The position numbers were made by a program, and so were the translations under genes. Source: an uncultured Actinomycetota bacterium (GTDB lineage: Bacteria > Actinomycetota > Actinomycetes > Streptosporangiales > Streptosporangiaceae). From it: a stretch of 64,000 nt of DNA. Positions 1-10,647 of this stretch are shown here, piece after piece. Each line of letters opens with the position of its first letter. Position 1 is the stretch's first letter. The stretch is taken from positions 21,766 to 85,765 of the forward strand of contig CAVTUG010000001.1 of NCBI GenBank assembly GCA_963737865.1, in the 5' to 3' direction. The notes beneath the pieces are model-generated. The model did no database searches. It saw only the letters and a program-made list of their open reading frames with translations, and was not told the DNA's origin.

Positions 1-73
1 GGAAGGTGGAAATTGAAATGGCGATCAGCACCAGTAGCATCTGGGCTGTTCGCCGGACGATAAACTTTGTCAT
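1..73 (-). CDS. ABC transporter permease (DppB/OppB-like), first 24 codons only; gene runs off the left edge
   Basis: Reverse-strand ATG at 73-71 abuts the stop (76-74) of the upstream permease gene. My translation MTKFIVRRTAQMLLVLIAISISTF looks like the first TM helix of a binding-protein-dependent permease. Confidence 0.5.
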   Translation of the reverse strand, partial: MTKFIVRRTAQMLLVLIAISISTF

Positions 74-1081
74 TCAGCGGCCCAGCCGGATCTGGCTTTT
101 CGGGTCAAGCGAATCTCTGACGCCCTCGCCGAAGACGTTGACGCCGAGGACTGCCAGCACCAGCATCCCGCCCGGCACCAGCACCAGCTGCGGTGACGTC
201 GTGAGCAGCGGCAGCCCGGTCTGGATCATGGTCCCCCAGGAGGCGTTCGGCGGCTGCACGCCCGCGCCCAGGAACGACAGGGACGCCTCGAGCAGGATGG
301 CGCCGGCCACGATCAGCGGCACGAAGACGACGATCGTGGAGCTGAGGTTCGGCAGGATCTCCCTGATCATGATCTGCAGGCTGCCGCAGCCCAGGCCGCG
401 GGCCGCGTCGACGAACTCCTTTTCCCGCAGCACGAGCACCTGGCCCCTGATCGGCTTGGCCACATAGGGGATGTAGACGAAGCCGATCAGGAACGCCGGG
501 ATGAAGATGGAGTTGCCCTCGAGGTTCAGCGGGCCGATCTTCAGGCCGCCGAGCGCGAGCGACGTGCCGATGGCCACGCCGAGCAGCACGGCCGGGTACG
601 CCCAGATGATGTCGAGCAGCCGGGCCAGGATGCCGTCGACCACGCCTCGGTAAAAGCCGGCGACGACGCCGGCGGCGACGCCGAAGATCATGGTGATGGC
701 CGCCGCCATGAAGCCGATGGCCAGGGAGACCCGCCCGCCGTAGAGCAGGCGGACCGCGACATCCCTGCCGTTGGTGTCGGCGCCGAAGAAGTAGCGAGCG
801 TGCCAGGTCGGGCCGACCGGAATGCCGTCAGGCGACACGATGTCGACCTTCCGGCCGCCGATCCTGACCGTGCCGGTCACGTTGTTGGCGTTCGGACCTA
901 CATGCGCGATGTCACGGGCGTAGACCGGCGCCAGCAAGCACAGGGCCACGATCAGGAGGAAAAGGATCCCGAACCCGATTGCGGCGCGGTCGCGCCGCAA
1001 TCGGCGAAACGCCAGCCGGTAAGGGCCGACGCCCGGGACGACACTGATGTCCTGAACGACGCTGTCGACGATGATCGCCAT
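74..1081 (-). CDS. ABC transporter permease, peptide/nickel (DppC/OppC-like) type
   Basis: 335-aa hydrophobic ORF with several TM segments. It has the conserved permease loop region FVDAARGLGCGSLQIMIREILPNL and follows a family-5 binding-protein gene after a 6-nt gap. Confidence 0.85.
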   Translation of the reverse strand: MAIIVDSVVQDISVVPGVGPYRLAFRRLRRDRAAIGFGILFLLIVALCLLAPVYARDIAHVGPNANNVTGTVRIGGRKVDIVSPDGIPVGPTWHARYFFGADTNGRDVAVRLLYGGRVSLAIGFMAAAITMIFGVAAGVVAGFYRGVVDGILARLLDIIWAYPAVLLGVAIGTSLALGGLKIGPLNLEGNSIFIPAFLIGFVYIPYVAKPIRGQVLVLREKEFVDAARGLGCGSLQIMIREILPNLSSTIVVFVPLIVAGAILLEASLSFLGAGVQPPNASWGTMIQTGLPLLTTSPQLVLVPGGMLVLAVLGVNVFGEGVRDSLDPKSQIRLGR

Positions 1082-1087
1082 CGGCTC

Positions 1088-2833
1088 TTACTTGCTCAGC
1101 TGCCAGGAGGACCAGTCGTTGAACCAGATCGGGCTGAACACCGCCGCCCCGTAGTCGATCCGGTTGGACATGAACTTCGGCGAGGTGCCGTACCCGAAGA
1201 CGAGCTCGTCGGCCTGGCTGGCCGTGTAGTAGTCCAGGGCCTGCCACCTGGCGGCCACGCTTGGCAGCTGGGTGGTGGGTACCGTGTCGAGCGTGGCCAG
1301 CTGACTCTGGATGTGCGGGTCTTCGACGTAGCTGCGGTTGCGGTTGCCCACCGGCTGGATGCTGGTCTTGTCGACCAGCAGGTAGAAGTCCACCGGGTTC
1401 GGGAAGTCCTGCGCCCACGCGCTGTAGCCGGTCTGCGGGTCCGCCGTCTTGGAGCCCACGGTCGGGAAGTAGGTCGAGCCGTCGACGAACTTGATCGTCA
1501 CCGTGAAACCGATCGACTTCAGCACCGAGGCGTAGTACTCGACCCACTGCTGTACTGGGCTGACCTGCTCTCCGTAGACCGTCACCGGAGCTCCCGCCAG
1601 GTGGGCCTGCCTGAGCAGGCTCCTGGCCCTCGGCAGGTTAGCGGAGTCCAGGGTGCCCCACGGACAAGGCTGGGTCGGGTGGCCGATGAGCCCGGCCGCC
1701 AGCAGGTAGCAGCCGGGGTTGACGGTCCCCCCGGCGAGGCGCTGGAAGGACTCGCGGTTGACGGCCAGATTGACCGCCTCGCGAGCCAGCTTGCTGTCGA
1801 ACGGCGCCTTGGACTGGTTGAGGAAGAAGTAGTAGGTCGTCTCGACCGGCTGGAGCGAGAAGCGGGTCGAGGCCTGCGACTTGACCTGGGCGGTCAGCGC
1901 GGCCGGCACCGTGTCGCCCGCGTCGAAGTTGTCGACCTGGTTGTCGAGTACCTGCTCAGCCTCGGTCGTGGTGTTGGTGATGATGGCGACCTTGATCGTG
2001 TCCAGGTGACCGGCCGGGATCCCCGGGATGCGGAAGCGAGCGAAGGCCGGATTCCTGACCAGCTCGAAGCCCTGGTTCGGGACGACGTTCCTGATGATGT
2101 AAGCCCCTACGCCGGGCGGGGGGCTGGTCGGCAGATTTTTCATCGGCGTGCCTGATGGGATCGGCGCCACCGAGGGGAAAGCCAGCAGGTTATCGAAGGC
2201 GCCGTAAGGAGCGACGAGCTGGATCGTGATCGTGCCGGTCGCGTCGTCGGCCGAGATGCCGCTGATCGAACTCGCCTTGCCGGCGAGGTAAGCGGCGGCT
2301 CCCTCGATGGTCTCGGTGAAAAACGCGTCGCCGCCCCAGTTCAGCTTGAGCATCCGCTCGACCGCGTAGGTGAAGTCCGACGCCTTGACCGGCGCGCCGC
2401 TGGAGAACTTCAGTCCCTTGCGCAGCGTGAGGGTATAGGTCTTCCCGCCGTTGGTGACCACGGGCAGGGCAGTCGCGAGGCCAGGGATGACCTTGGTGCC
2501 CGCCTGGCCATTCGCGTGGGCGTAGGTCAGCAGCGGCGTGTACACGATCCAGTCGGCCTCGCCTGCCTCGATCGTGTAGCCATACTGCGGATCGAGCGAG
2601 TCAGGCGCCGAGGCCATGTCGATGGTGGCGGTACCGCCGTTCGTGCCGCCGCTCGCGCCGTGCGGCGAGGACTGGCCCGATGAGCCCCCCGAACTGCTGC
2701 AGGCGGCTAAGAGGATGATGAGCACCGCGCCGATGGCGGCGCGTGCGGCGACACGCGGCGATGTCCTTGCCGGTCGGATCACAAGAGGCCTCCTCGCTCG
2801 CCAGCTGGCGAGTTTCCCTACTTTGCCGATCAA
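1088..2833 (-). CDS. ABC transporter substrate-binding lipoprotein (family 5, peptide/nickel type)
   Basis: 581-aa ORF with an N-terminal signal sequence and a lipobox-like LLAACSSSGG. Size and sequence are typical of DppA/OppA-like binding proteins. The true start may be an internal codon. Confidence 0.8.
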   Translation of the reverse strand: MIGKVGKLASWRARRPLVIRPARTSPRVAARAAIGAVLIILLAACSSSGGSSGQSSPHGASGGTNGGTATIDMASAPDSLDPQYGYTIEAGEADWIVYTPLLTYAHANGQAGTKVIPGLATALPVVTNGGKTYTLTLRKGLKFSSGAPVKASDFTYAVERMLKLNWGGDAFFTETIEGAAAYLAGKASSISGISADDATGTITIQLVAPYGAFDNLLAFPSVAPIPSGTPMKNLPTSPPPGVGAYIIRNVVPNQGFELVRNPAFARFRIPGIPAGHLDTIKVAIITNTTTEAEQVLDNQVDNFDAGDTVPAALTAQVKSQASTRFSLQPVETTYYFFLNQSKAPFDSKLAREAVNLAVNRESFQRLAGGTVNPGCYLLAAGLIGHPTQPCPWGTLDSANLPRARSLLRQAHLAGAPVTVYGEQVSPVQQWVEYYASVLKSIGFTVTIKFVDGSTYFPTVGSKTADPQTGYSAWAQDFPNPVDFYLLVDKTSIQPVGNRNRSYVEDPHIQSQLATLDTVPTTQLPSVAARWQALDYYTASQADELVFGYGTSPKFMSNRIDYGAAVFSPIWFNDWSSWQLSK

Positions 2834-2851
2834 ATCATACCATTGCCTTGC

Positions 2852-2880
2852 AACCGATTATTTAAGCATCTAAATCGGTT
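2852..2880. promoter_or_regulatory. Inverted repeat AACCGATT-N13-AATCGGTT in an AT-rich divergent promoter region
   Basis: Perfect 8-bp arms at 2852-2859 and 2873-2880. It lies between the divergently transcribed binding-protein gene and the radical SAM operon, in a locally AT-rich stretch of otherwise GC-rich DNA. Confidence 0.3.
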
Positions 2881-2967
2881 AGTGCGCAGCTTAGAATGAC
2901 CGGGCTGTGCAAAGGGAGTTGCCTGGCCTACTGTTGTCCTGAGCGATTAGGCGGCTGGGGAGGCGTC

Positions 2968-4377
2968 ATGGTTGCAGGCGTACGCGTTTATTCGCCAGAC
3001 GCCCTATTGCCAGAGCGCGCCCGGGCGTGGCTGGAAGCGGCCGATCTGCAATTCGACACCTGTGACAGCCCAGCAGCGCTCGCTCGGCTGCCCGGGGCAG
3101 ATGTGGCCGATGTGGTCTACGTTCCACCAGGTCGGGATCTGGACGCCGGTCGTGCCGCCGAGATGATCGAGCACTCCGCAGCGTCGCATTTCGGGATTCT
3201 GTCAGCAGAATCTGGGCTGGTTATTCATCGCGCGCACCGCGCGGCGCTGTCGTTATTCTACCGTCCGTTCGAACACCAGGCTGATGCGGCAGTCTATGCC
3301 AAAGGCGGCAGTTACCGAACAGATTACGGCTCCGGTCAGGTGCCGTTGCCCCGCCAGGTATATCTGGGACTGACCCAGCGATGCAACCGGACCTGCACGT
3401 TCTGTGTCTCGCGCTCGTTCGCTTATGACCTGCTCTCCGTCGCGCAGGTTAAGCGCCTGTGCGAGGAACTTCGCGGCGCGGTTGACTTTGTTGCCTTGAC
3501 CGGAGCCGGCGAGGCGATGATGCACCCGCAATTCTGGGACATCCTGGACGTGCTATGCGAACGGCTGCCCGGAATCCAGTTCAAGATGAACACCAGTGGT
3601 CTAGCGCTGCCACGCACGGCACGTCGGCTGCTCGGGTATCCGATAAAGAATATTACGGTATCTCTTAATGCGGCCACAGAGCCCACCTACCGGCGTTTCG
3701 TCGGTCCTGGCTTTGATGCGGTTCTCAAGGGAATAGAAACCCTCGTGCAGGCGCGCGCCGAACTGGATCGAGGGGATCTTCACCTCTGCCTGTCAATGGT
3801 GCTCATGAACAGCACGATTGCCGAGACCGCGCAGCTGGCGACTATTGCCGCAGAGCTGGGAATCGAGGAAATACAAGGGATCTACCTGATGATCAATGAC
3901 GATACCCTGGCAGCAGAGTCGCCCTGGCACGAGCCAGATCGCAGCAACGCTCTGCTGGCGCAGGCGGCCAGGCATGCCGCAGCTCTGGGCGTTCGGGCGA
4001 GCCTCCCGCCAGCTTTTCAGACTGGCGAGCTGCGGCGAGATCGTGACCAGTCCACTTCCCTGCCCACTATGCAGGGCCAGCGCTGCACGGAGGCCTGGTC
4101 GACGGTGTACGTCCGGCCGGACGGCCACATCATGTCCTGCCCCTACATGGACCGCGCTATGGGCAGCATCCGGACTCAGCCACTGGCGGAGATCTGGAAC
4201 GGCGAGTCGTACCGCGATCTTCGGCAAGGTCTGGTCGAGCAGAACCACTGCCAGGAATGCCGCTCCTGCTGCGGCTTCAACGAGACTGGCTCAGTCGACG
4301 AGTACCAGAGTCACTGGCTGGGCGAGCGGCGTCCCAGCGAGCCAATCCATCCTGATCGGCTATGGGAGCGCAGGTGA
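2968..4377 (+). CDS. Radical SAM enzyme with C-terminal SPASM/twitch-like Cys-rich domain
   Basis: CNRTCTFCVSR is the CxxxCxxC cluster motif. The C-terminal Cys-rich segments (CTEAW..SCPYMD..CQECRSCCGF) fit an auxiliary Fe-S domain. ATG 2968 is preceded by GGGGAGG, and the frame is open from 2896. Confidence 0.8.
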   Translation: MVAGVRVYSPDALLPERARAWLEAADLQFDTCDSPAALARLPGADVADVVYVPPGRDLDAGRAAEMIEHSAASHFGILSAESGLVIHRAHRAALSLFYRPFEHQADAAVYAKGGSYRTDYGSGQVPLPRQVYLGLTQRCNRTCTFCVSRSFAYDLLSVAQVKRLCEELRGAVDFVALTGAGEAMMHPQFWDILDVLCERLPGIQFKMNTSGLALPRTARRLLGYPIKNITVSLNAATEPTYRRFVGPGFDAVLKGIETLVQARAELDRGDLHLCLSMVLMNSTIAETAQLATIAAELGIEEIQGIYLMINDDTLAAESPWHEPDRSNALLAQAARHAAALGVRASLPPAFQTGELRRDRDQSTSLPTMQGQRCTEAWSTVYVRPDGHIMSCPYMDRAMGSIRTQPLAEIWNGESYRDLRQGLVEQNHCQECRSCCGFNETGSVDEYQSHWLGERRPSEPIHPDRLWERR

Positions 4378-6087
4378 GCGAAGTTGTGCTCGGGGTAAAT
4401 CTCGGTCACGACAGGTCGGCGTGCGTCGCCGTCGACGGAAAGCCGAGATACGCGATTGCCGAGGAGCGCCTGTCCAGGCGCAAGCACGACATCCCGCTGA
4501 ATGAACGCGGCGAGTACTACTGCTGCTTTCCGCACCGGGCGACTCGTTACTGCCTCGACGCGGCCGGTCTCACTTGCGATGACGTCGATCTGGTGGTCGC
4601 CAGCACCACCTACGTCCTCGACGTGAATTCCGGCGGCCGCAGGAATCTGGTTCCCGACGACGTTACCTGGCAGTGCCCCGAGCTGGCCGCCGCGCGAGTG
4701 GAGGTCGTACTACACCACCTTTCGCATGCCGGCAGCGTCGCGTTGTGCTCCGGGTTCGCGAGCGCGGCAGTCATAGCTATCGACGGCGGTGGCAGCGTTG
4801 TCCGCTACGAGAATAGCGATCCCGCTGATTTCGAGCGCACAACTTTGTTTCATTTCCTGGATGGTGACCTGGTTCCGGTCAGCCGTGTTGTCGGCGGGCC
4901 GCCCGCTTATGGTAACTCCATTGGAGATTTCTACCAGGTAATTACAGCCTATCTAGGATTCAGGCGCGGTGAGGAAGGAAAGACAATGGGGCTGGCCTGG
5001 CTGCGACGCCGGAGCCAGCTCCGGCGGCCCGGCCTGGCAGCCGCTAGCTGAGTTCAGTGACGCGATTGTCGTCAAGCCCGATGGCTGGCACGACGTCGCT
5101 GAGATGTTCCAGTTCACTCCGGACGGCGGTTTCGACCCTCGGCTCATCGCCGCGTTCGGGCCGCCGCGACGTGAGCCGAGCGCCGACAGTGCGCTCGACC
5201 GGCACATCGCCGCGTCGGCGCAGTGGGCTCTGGAGGAAGCAATGCTGCAGCTCACTGCGGCAGCTAGTCGCCTTACTGGTGAGCGCCGGCTCTGCCTGGC
5301 TGGCGGAGTCGCGCTGAACTGCGTCGCCAACGGCCGAACGGTACGGCAAGGATTGTTCGATGAGATATTTATTCAGCCGGCCGCAGGCGACGATGGCACG
5401 GCGCTAGGCAATGCCCTCCTAGGCATCTCGATGCTTGCCGATCGACCTCCCAGCTGGATCTTCAGGTCGCCCTATCTGGGCCGGACCTATGACGACGACG
5501 AGATCGCGGAGGAACTCAGCTCAGCGGGTGCCGCGGTGACGGTGGAGTTTCCGCCGGACGTTCCCGCCTGCCTCGCGGAAGACCTGGCGGCCGGCCGGAT
5601 CGTCGCCTTGTTCACAGGTGGCAGTGAGTACGGTCCGCGGGCGCTCGGCCATCGCAGCATCCTGTGCGATTCGCGATCGGCGGCGATGAAGGATTACGTC
5701 AACGCTCGGGTGAAGCACAGGGAGCCGTTCCGGCCCTTTGCGCCGCTTGTCCTCGAGGAGCGCGCGGCGGAGTACTTTGATCTTGCCGTGCCGAGTCCGT
5801 ATATGCTCCTGGCGGCGGACGTGCTCCGGCCCGATGAGATCCCGGCTGTTACCCATTTCGACGGTACGGCTCGAGTGCAGACGGTGAGTGCCCGGCAGGA
5901 GCCGTTCCTTCATGCGGTACTCAGCCGATACGCGGACCGCACCGGCGTTCCCGTATTGCTCAATACTTCTTTCAACGACCAGGAGCCGATCGTCGAGACT
6001 CCGGCCGACGCCATGCGCTGCTTCCTCGGCACTGGTATTGACGTCCTGTACCTAGCTGGTCGTCGTGTCATCAAGGCGGTGCCGTGA
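4374..6087 (+). pseudogene. Carbamoyltransferase (NodU/CmcH family); reading frame broken once near 4990-5010 (true frameshift or assembly indel)
   Basis: The N-terminal part (VLGVNLGHDRSACVAVDG, AEERLSRRKHD, GEEGKTMGLA) is in the frame of ORF 4362-5051. The remainder (CLAGGVALNCVANG, LNTSFNDQEPIV) is in the frame of ORF 4969-6087. GTG 4374 overlaps the upstream stop as GTGA. Confidence 0.8.
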
Positions 6088-8074
6088 TAGGCGCGGTCGA
6101 CGGCCTGATCTCGGCGGTCATGCTGGTGCGCGATCGGCCCGAGTACACTCGACAGGCTCTGGAGACCTTAACGGCCTGCGATGCCGAGCTGGAATTCGTG
6201 ATTGTCGACAACGGTTCTGGCCCGGATACCAGAGAACTCCTCGACGAATGGCGCGGCCGTGGCGGTCGCCCGGTGCAGGTGATACGTTTCGATTCCGATG
6301 CGGGTGGAGTTTCTCCCGCAACGCGGGCGCTGCCGCAGCCCGCGGTGAGTTCTTGTTCTTCGTGGACAATGATGTCGTCGCGGATGACCCGAAGGCGCTG
6401 CGGGTGCTTGGGTCAGCGCTGGCCGCAGATGCCGGTCTTGCGGCAGTCTCGCCGCTGCTGCTTTTTCCTGGTGATTGCGGACTGGTCCAGTGTGCGGGCG
6501 GGGCGTCAACCACCGATGGTCACATTGGCCTGCTGGGCAGGGCAGAAGTGCTCGCCGATCGGCACCGGCTGGCGCGCGAGCAGAGCTGGGCACCGGCGGC
6601 GGCGCTACTTGTCCGGCGTACGTCCTTCGACCGAGCCGGCGGCTTTGACGAGTCGTTCGACCCGGTTGCCCTGTGCGAGGACGTCGACCTGTGCTGCCGG
6701 CTCCGGGCGGCCGGCGAGCGCATCGGCTACGTGGGCGAAGCTTCGCTGCGCCACTACGAAGGAACGACCTTCAACCACATCGGCGTCGACAAGCTGGCGA
6801 TCTGGAAGGGTCATGTCCGGGTTCTGCGCGCCCGCTGGCACCGTGAGTTCGCCAGCGGCCCGATCCACCAGCTAGCCGACCTCGCCTGGCGACCGGTTCT
6901 CAAGGACTACGCCGACGTGGCCAGGCCACGGGTGAGCCTGCTCGCGACCAGTGCGCCTGCCCCCACGGACGCGACGTTCTTCGCGACCGACGCGACGCTG
7001 TCCGCCGGGCGGCCGGCGCCGGATGTGAGAGTCGGCATCGTGGGTTGCGGCCAGGCGGCGGTCAAGGGCGCGCTGCCAGCACTAGCCGCTCGGCAGAGAC
7101 GGGGTGACGCGCCTCCCGCTGCTCCGTTCCTCGACTTCGGCCCGGTGCAGGGGGTGCGCGTCAGCGGGGTCGCGGATCCCGATCTCGTGAACCTGCTCGC
7201 TGCGGCGCAGTGGTATGCCGTGCCGCACGCCACTCGCGACGCGTCAGCATTGCTCGATACCGTGCCCGCCGAGGGCGTCGTCATCTGCACGCCGCCGCAA
7301 TGGCACAGCAAGATCGCGGTCGAGGCGCTTCGGCGGGGGCTGCACGTCCTGGTAGAGAAACCAGCCGTGCTGACCAGGGACGCGCTGGACGAGCTGCTTG
7401 CCGCCATGCGGGCCAGACCCGAGCAGCATGTGGTGGTGAACCTGCCGTGGTCCTGCCATCCTGCCCTTGGCGTCCTCCGCCAGCTGGCCGGCACGGCGAC
7501 GACGGGTGACGTGCGCTCTTTCCACGTCGTCTTCGAGCACAGCGGCCCGCAGGCCTGGGCACCCAGGGCCTCCTGGTACCGGGAGGCGCCTGGCGGTGTT
7601 GTCACCGACCTGGGCCTGCACGTTCTCGACGCCGTCGGGCGCGCGATCGGCACGCCGCTCGGGCAGCTGCGTGCAGAGTCCGGCTGGGTGACCGGGACGC
7701 CGCCGGCACGGGCCAGGGCCGAGGTGACAGCGGCCGGCGTCAGGGGAGAGGTCGAGGTCAGCTGGGAGGCGCCAGCTCCTCGATTCACCATCGCCATCAC
7801 GTGCGATCTGGCGACGCTGCATGCGAGCCTCATTCCATATCGGACCGCTGGCCAGGCGGTCGAAGTACGAACTGCCGAGGGTGTCCGGCGGATCGCGGTG
7901 CCAGATTCGGGGCCGGCAGGCGACGGCCCCTACGCCGAATTTGTCGCGGCGCTCCGGGGCGGCCCGAGTCCCCGGACGTCGTTGCCGGCGTTGGCGGAGG
8001 TCTTGCGGACAATGATCGACTGGTCAGCGGCGATCCCTGCCCGGCCGGTACCTGTCATCGGCGGAGCCTCGTGA
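6084..8074 (+). pseudogene. Family-2 glycosyltransferase fused to a Gfo/Idh/MocA-type NAD oxidoreductase; frame broken near 6305-6312
   Basis: The GT2 N-terminus (SAVMLVRDRPEYT, FVIVDNGSGPDT) is in the frame of 6084. It continues as FSRNAGAAAARGEFLFFVDNDV and CEDVDLCCRL in the frame of 6065. The C-terminal half (VRVGIVGCGQAAVKG, VVICTPPQWH, HVLVEKP) is oxidoreductase-like. GTGA overlap at 6084-6087. Confidence 0.75.
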
Positions 8075-9369
8075 CAATCTGCGGTAGCTGCGCGCTGGCG
8101 GGTGTGCCTGCTCGGTCCGGGATCGCGCTCCTGGATGACCTGGCGGCGGAGCTCTGGTGGTTCGCGCGGTCGATGTTCTTGTGCGCTGGCTGCGATGCCG
8201 CCCTGCCGAGCCTGCGGTTCCAGCCAGCCGACAGCCCTGACGTGGTAACGACCGCAACCGCCAGCCCGCGTCTCGTCTTCGGATTCCGCGCCGATACGCC
8301 GATGCGGCGGTGGGCAGAGCGGCACAGCGCCATGGTCGCGATGCCTGCGGCTGCCGTGACCGCCCGGCTCGGCGACAAGACCTACCTGCCGGAGCTGGCA
8401 AGACAAGCGGGGGTGACGGTGCCCAGGTCGGTCGTCCGCCGGTCGGCCGCCCCTGGAGATGCCGAGGCGCTCTGGCGCGAACTTGCCGCAGAACGCGCCG
8501 TCGCTCAGCTCGCAGCCAACGACCTTACCGGCGTCGGCACCTGCCGGGTCGATGGCGTGGATGCACTCGCCGGCTGCCTTCGGCGCTGGACGGGCCTTGA
8601 TGTCAAGCTTGCCGAGTATGTCGATGGGATGCCGCTCACCATCAGCGGTGTCGTTACGGCAGGCGACGTCATGGTGTCAGGCATTTCCTATCAGCTAGTT
8701 GGCTACGAGCGAATCACTCCGGTGTGGGGGGCGCACTGCGGAAACCAGCTCACCGGCGATACGGATCTGCCACCCGGCGTCGCCGCAGCCTGTCGCGAGG
8801 CGGGCAGGCGAGTCGGTACCGCCATCGCGCGCGCAGGCTTCCGTGGCATGTTCGGAATGGACGTGCTGGCGACCGCCACCGAAATCGTGGTACTCGAACT
8901 GAACCCGCGTATTCAGAGCGTCACGTCGCTGCTCAACGCGGCCGAGTACGCCGCAGGGCTGCTGCCCTCGCCGATCGTGCACGCGCTGACCTTCGCTTCC
9001 GGGGCTTCGCTGCCGGTTACCGAGGCGGGCGGGGCTCTCCCGCCGCTAGGCCAGCTTGTCGTGAGCAGCATGACGACGGGGCGGGTATCCGCCCTTCCGT
9101 TGGCAGGCGTCTGGCGGCTGACCGAGCTGGCTCCGCCGCGATGTGTCCCGCACGGACCTAGCGTGCCGCTCGCTGGACTGGGACCTGGCCAGGCGCTGAT
9201 CTGGCCGCTGACTCAGCCCGGCGGGCGGGTGGGGCAGGCCGACCGGCTGTTCGTGATGCAGACCTCAGAACCTGTCATCACCTTGCAGGATGGCGCGCTG
9301 ACCGAGCACGCCACGAGGTGGCTTGAGGCACTGAGCGGCCACGTCCGGGTGGAGGGAGCAACCGAATGA
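8071..9369 (+). CDS. ATP-grasp domain protein (candidate amide/peptide ligase)
   Basis: GTG 8071 overlaps the upstream stop (GTGA). GDKTYLPELARQAGVTVPRS and FRGMFGMDVL..VVLELNPRIQS resemble ATP-grasp segments. ORF-track entry 7801-9369 starts inside the previous gene. Confidence 0.65.
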   Translation: MTICGSCALAGVPARSGIALLDDLAAELWWFARSMFLCAGCDAALPSLRFQPADSPDVVTTATASPRLVFGFRADTPMRRWAERHSAMVAMPAAAVTARLGDKTYLPELARQAGVTVPRSVVRRSAAPGDAEALWRELAAERAVAQLAANDLTGVGTCRVDGVDALAGCLRRWTGLDVKLAEYVDGMPLTISGVVTAGDVMVSGISYQLVGYERITPVWGAHCGNQLTGDTDLPPGVAAACREAGRRVGTAIARAGFRGMFGMDVLATATEIVVLELNPRIQSVTSLLNAAEYAAGLLPSPIVHALTFASGASLPVTEAGGALPPLGQLVVSSMTTGRVSALPLAGVWRLTELAPPRCVPHGPSVPLAGLGPGQALIWPLTQPGGRVGQADRLFVMQTSEPVITLQDGALTEHATRWLEALSGHVRVEGATE

Positions 9370-10595
9370 CATCAGATCCGTCGACGAGAGCGCAGGCCAG
9401 GGCCGACGCGCCCGCCCGCTCCCGGCCAGACACCGACCGCGTGATGCGCCTCGGCTCGGCTCAAGTCGGGTCAGCCGAGCGTGACGCCATCGGGGAGGTG
9501 CTAGACAGTCAGATCTTCTACCGCTACCACGGAGCCGCGGTCGCGACCTTCGAGCGCGAGTTCTCGGCGGTGGTCGCGGGCGGGCAGCGAGCGCTCGCGG
9601 TCAATTCGGGCAGTTCCGCCCTGGAGGTCGCCTTTGCGGCACTGGATGAGGAGCCTGGTTTCGAGGTGCTCGTACCTGTGCTGGGCTTCATCACCGGGGC
9701 GACCGCCGTCATCGCTGCGGGCGGGACGCCGAGGTTCGTCCCAGTGGATGCCACGCTGGGCATCGACACGCAGGCCGCCCGCGACTGCGTGACCGCCAGG
9801 ACCAGGGCCATCCTGGCGGTGCACCCATATGGCGCGGCGTGCGATCTGGCGGCAGTCCGGCGACTGGCCGATGACGTCGGCCTTCATGTCGTCGAGGACG
9901 CAGCCCAGGCGTGTGGCGGCGCCTTCAACGGCCGGCCGCTCGGCACCCACGGGACGGTCGCCGCCTTCAGCTTCCAGCACTTCAAGCTGCTGAGCACCGG
10001 CGAAGGCGGCATCGTGACCAGTCAGGACGACGCCATCCTGGATCGCGCGCAATGCCTGCACGACGCCGCTTCATACTGGGTCGCGCCCGACCTCGCGAGC
10101 CGGGTTGCCCGCCTGCGGATGGCTCCTGGGAACTTGCGCATGTCGGAACTCGAAGGTGCGCTCGGAATCGCCCAGCTCGCCCGCCTCCGAGGCTGGATAT
10201 CCCGATTGCGGGAAATGAAGCGGCCATTGCAGGATTACCTCGCTAAGGTCGGCGGGGTCACGGTCCGGCCGCTGCCCGACGCGGCCGGGGAGATCGCCAC
10301 GAGCGTCGTATTCTCCTGCCCAGACCGGACCTCGGCGACCGAAGTCGTCGATCGTCTGCGCGCGGAGGGGGTCAATGCGGGAATGCTGCTCGGAGATCCT
10401 GGAACGAGCCGGCACTTCGCCGGCGACTGGTCTCACGTGCTCCGGCAGTGCGGGCATGACCCGGCTCCGGCGGCGATGCTCGACGAGGCCCGCGGCCTGC
10501 TCGGTGCGGCCGTCGTGCTCGCCCTGGACCTAAGGTACGACGACCGTGATGTCGCGGAGACGGTGGCGGCGCTGGAGAAGGTCGTGCCGGCTTAA
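9366..10595 (+). CDS. DegT/DnrJ/EryC1/StrS-family PLP-dependent (sugar) aminotransferase
   Basis: ATGA overlap with the upstream gene. It has VNSGSSALEVAFAAL and FSFQHFKLLSTGEGG (candidate PLP lysine). 409 aa. Confidence 0.85.
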   Translation: MTSDPSTRAQARADAPARSRPDTDRVMRLGSAQVGSAERDAIGEVLDSQIFYRYHGAAVATFEREFSAVVAGGQRALAVNSGSSALEVAFAALDEEPGFEVLVPVLGFITGATAVIAAGGTPRFVPVDATLGIDTQAARDCVTARTRAILAVHPYGAACDLAAVRRLADDVGLHVVEDAAQACGGAFNGRPLGTHGTVAAFSFQHFKLLSTGEGGIVTSQDDAILDRAQCLHDAASYWVAPDLASRVARLRMAPGNLRMSELEGALGIAQLARLRGWISRLREMKRPLQDYLAKVGGVTVRPLPDAAGEIATSVVFSCPDRTSATEVVDRLRAEGVNAGMLLGDPGTSRHFAGDWSHVLRQCGHDPAPAAMLDEARGLLGAAVVLALDLRYDDRDVAETVAALEKVVPA

Positions 10596-10647
10596 GCGGC
10601 CCGGATTCGCGCGCGTCTCGCATCGCCGACCGCGACGGCGCTAACAT

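Noticed and set aside
800-2155. Long ORFs antisense to or overlapping the permease and binding-protein genes (800-2155 plus strand, 912-1547 minus strand, 1261-1494 plus strand).
   Set aside because: Their Arg/Gly/Pro/Ala-rich translations have no recognisable motifs. They are typical shadow ORFs of high-GC DNA lying opposite well-supported genes.
2896-2967. A Cys-rich 24-codon stretch (MTGLCKGSCLAYCCPERLGGWGGV) in frame with and directly upstream of the radical SAM-SPASM gene. I considered it as a RiPP-like precursor or a fused substrate peptide.
   Set aside because: No stop separates it from the enzyme and no RBS precedes ATG 2896, whereas ATG 2968 has a strong GGGGAGG. The operon context is sugar and amino-acid tailoring rather than RiPP. 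It may be worth a quick look only if homologues conserve it.
6907-7833. ORFs 6907-7833 and 7244-7822 (minus strand) and several smaller ones inside the GT2-oxidoreductase gene.
   Set aside because: They are antisense shadow ORFs. The plus-strand frame carries clear Rossmann and GT2 motifs.
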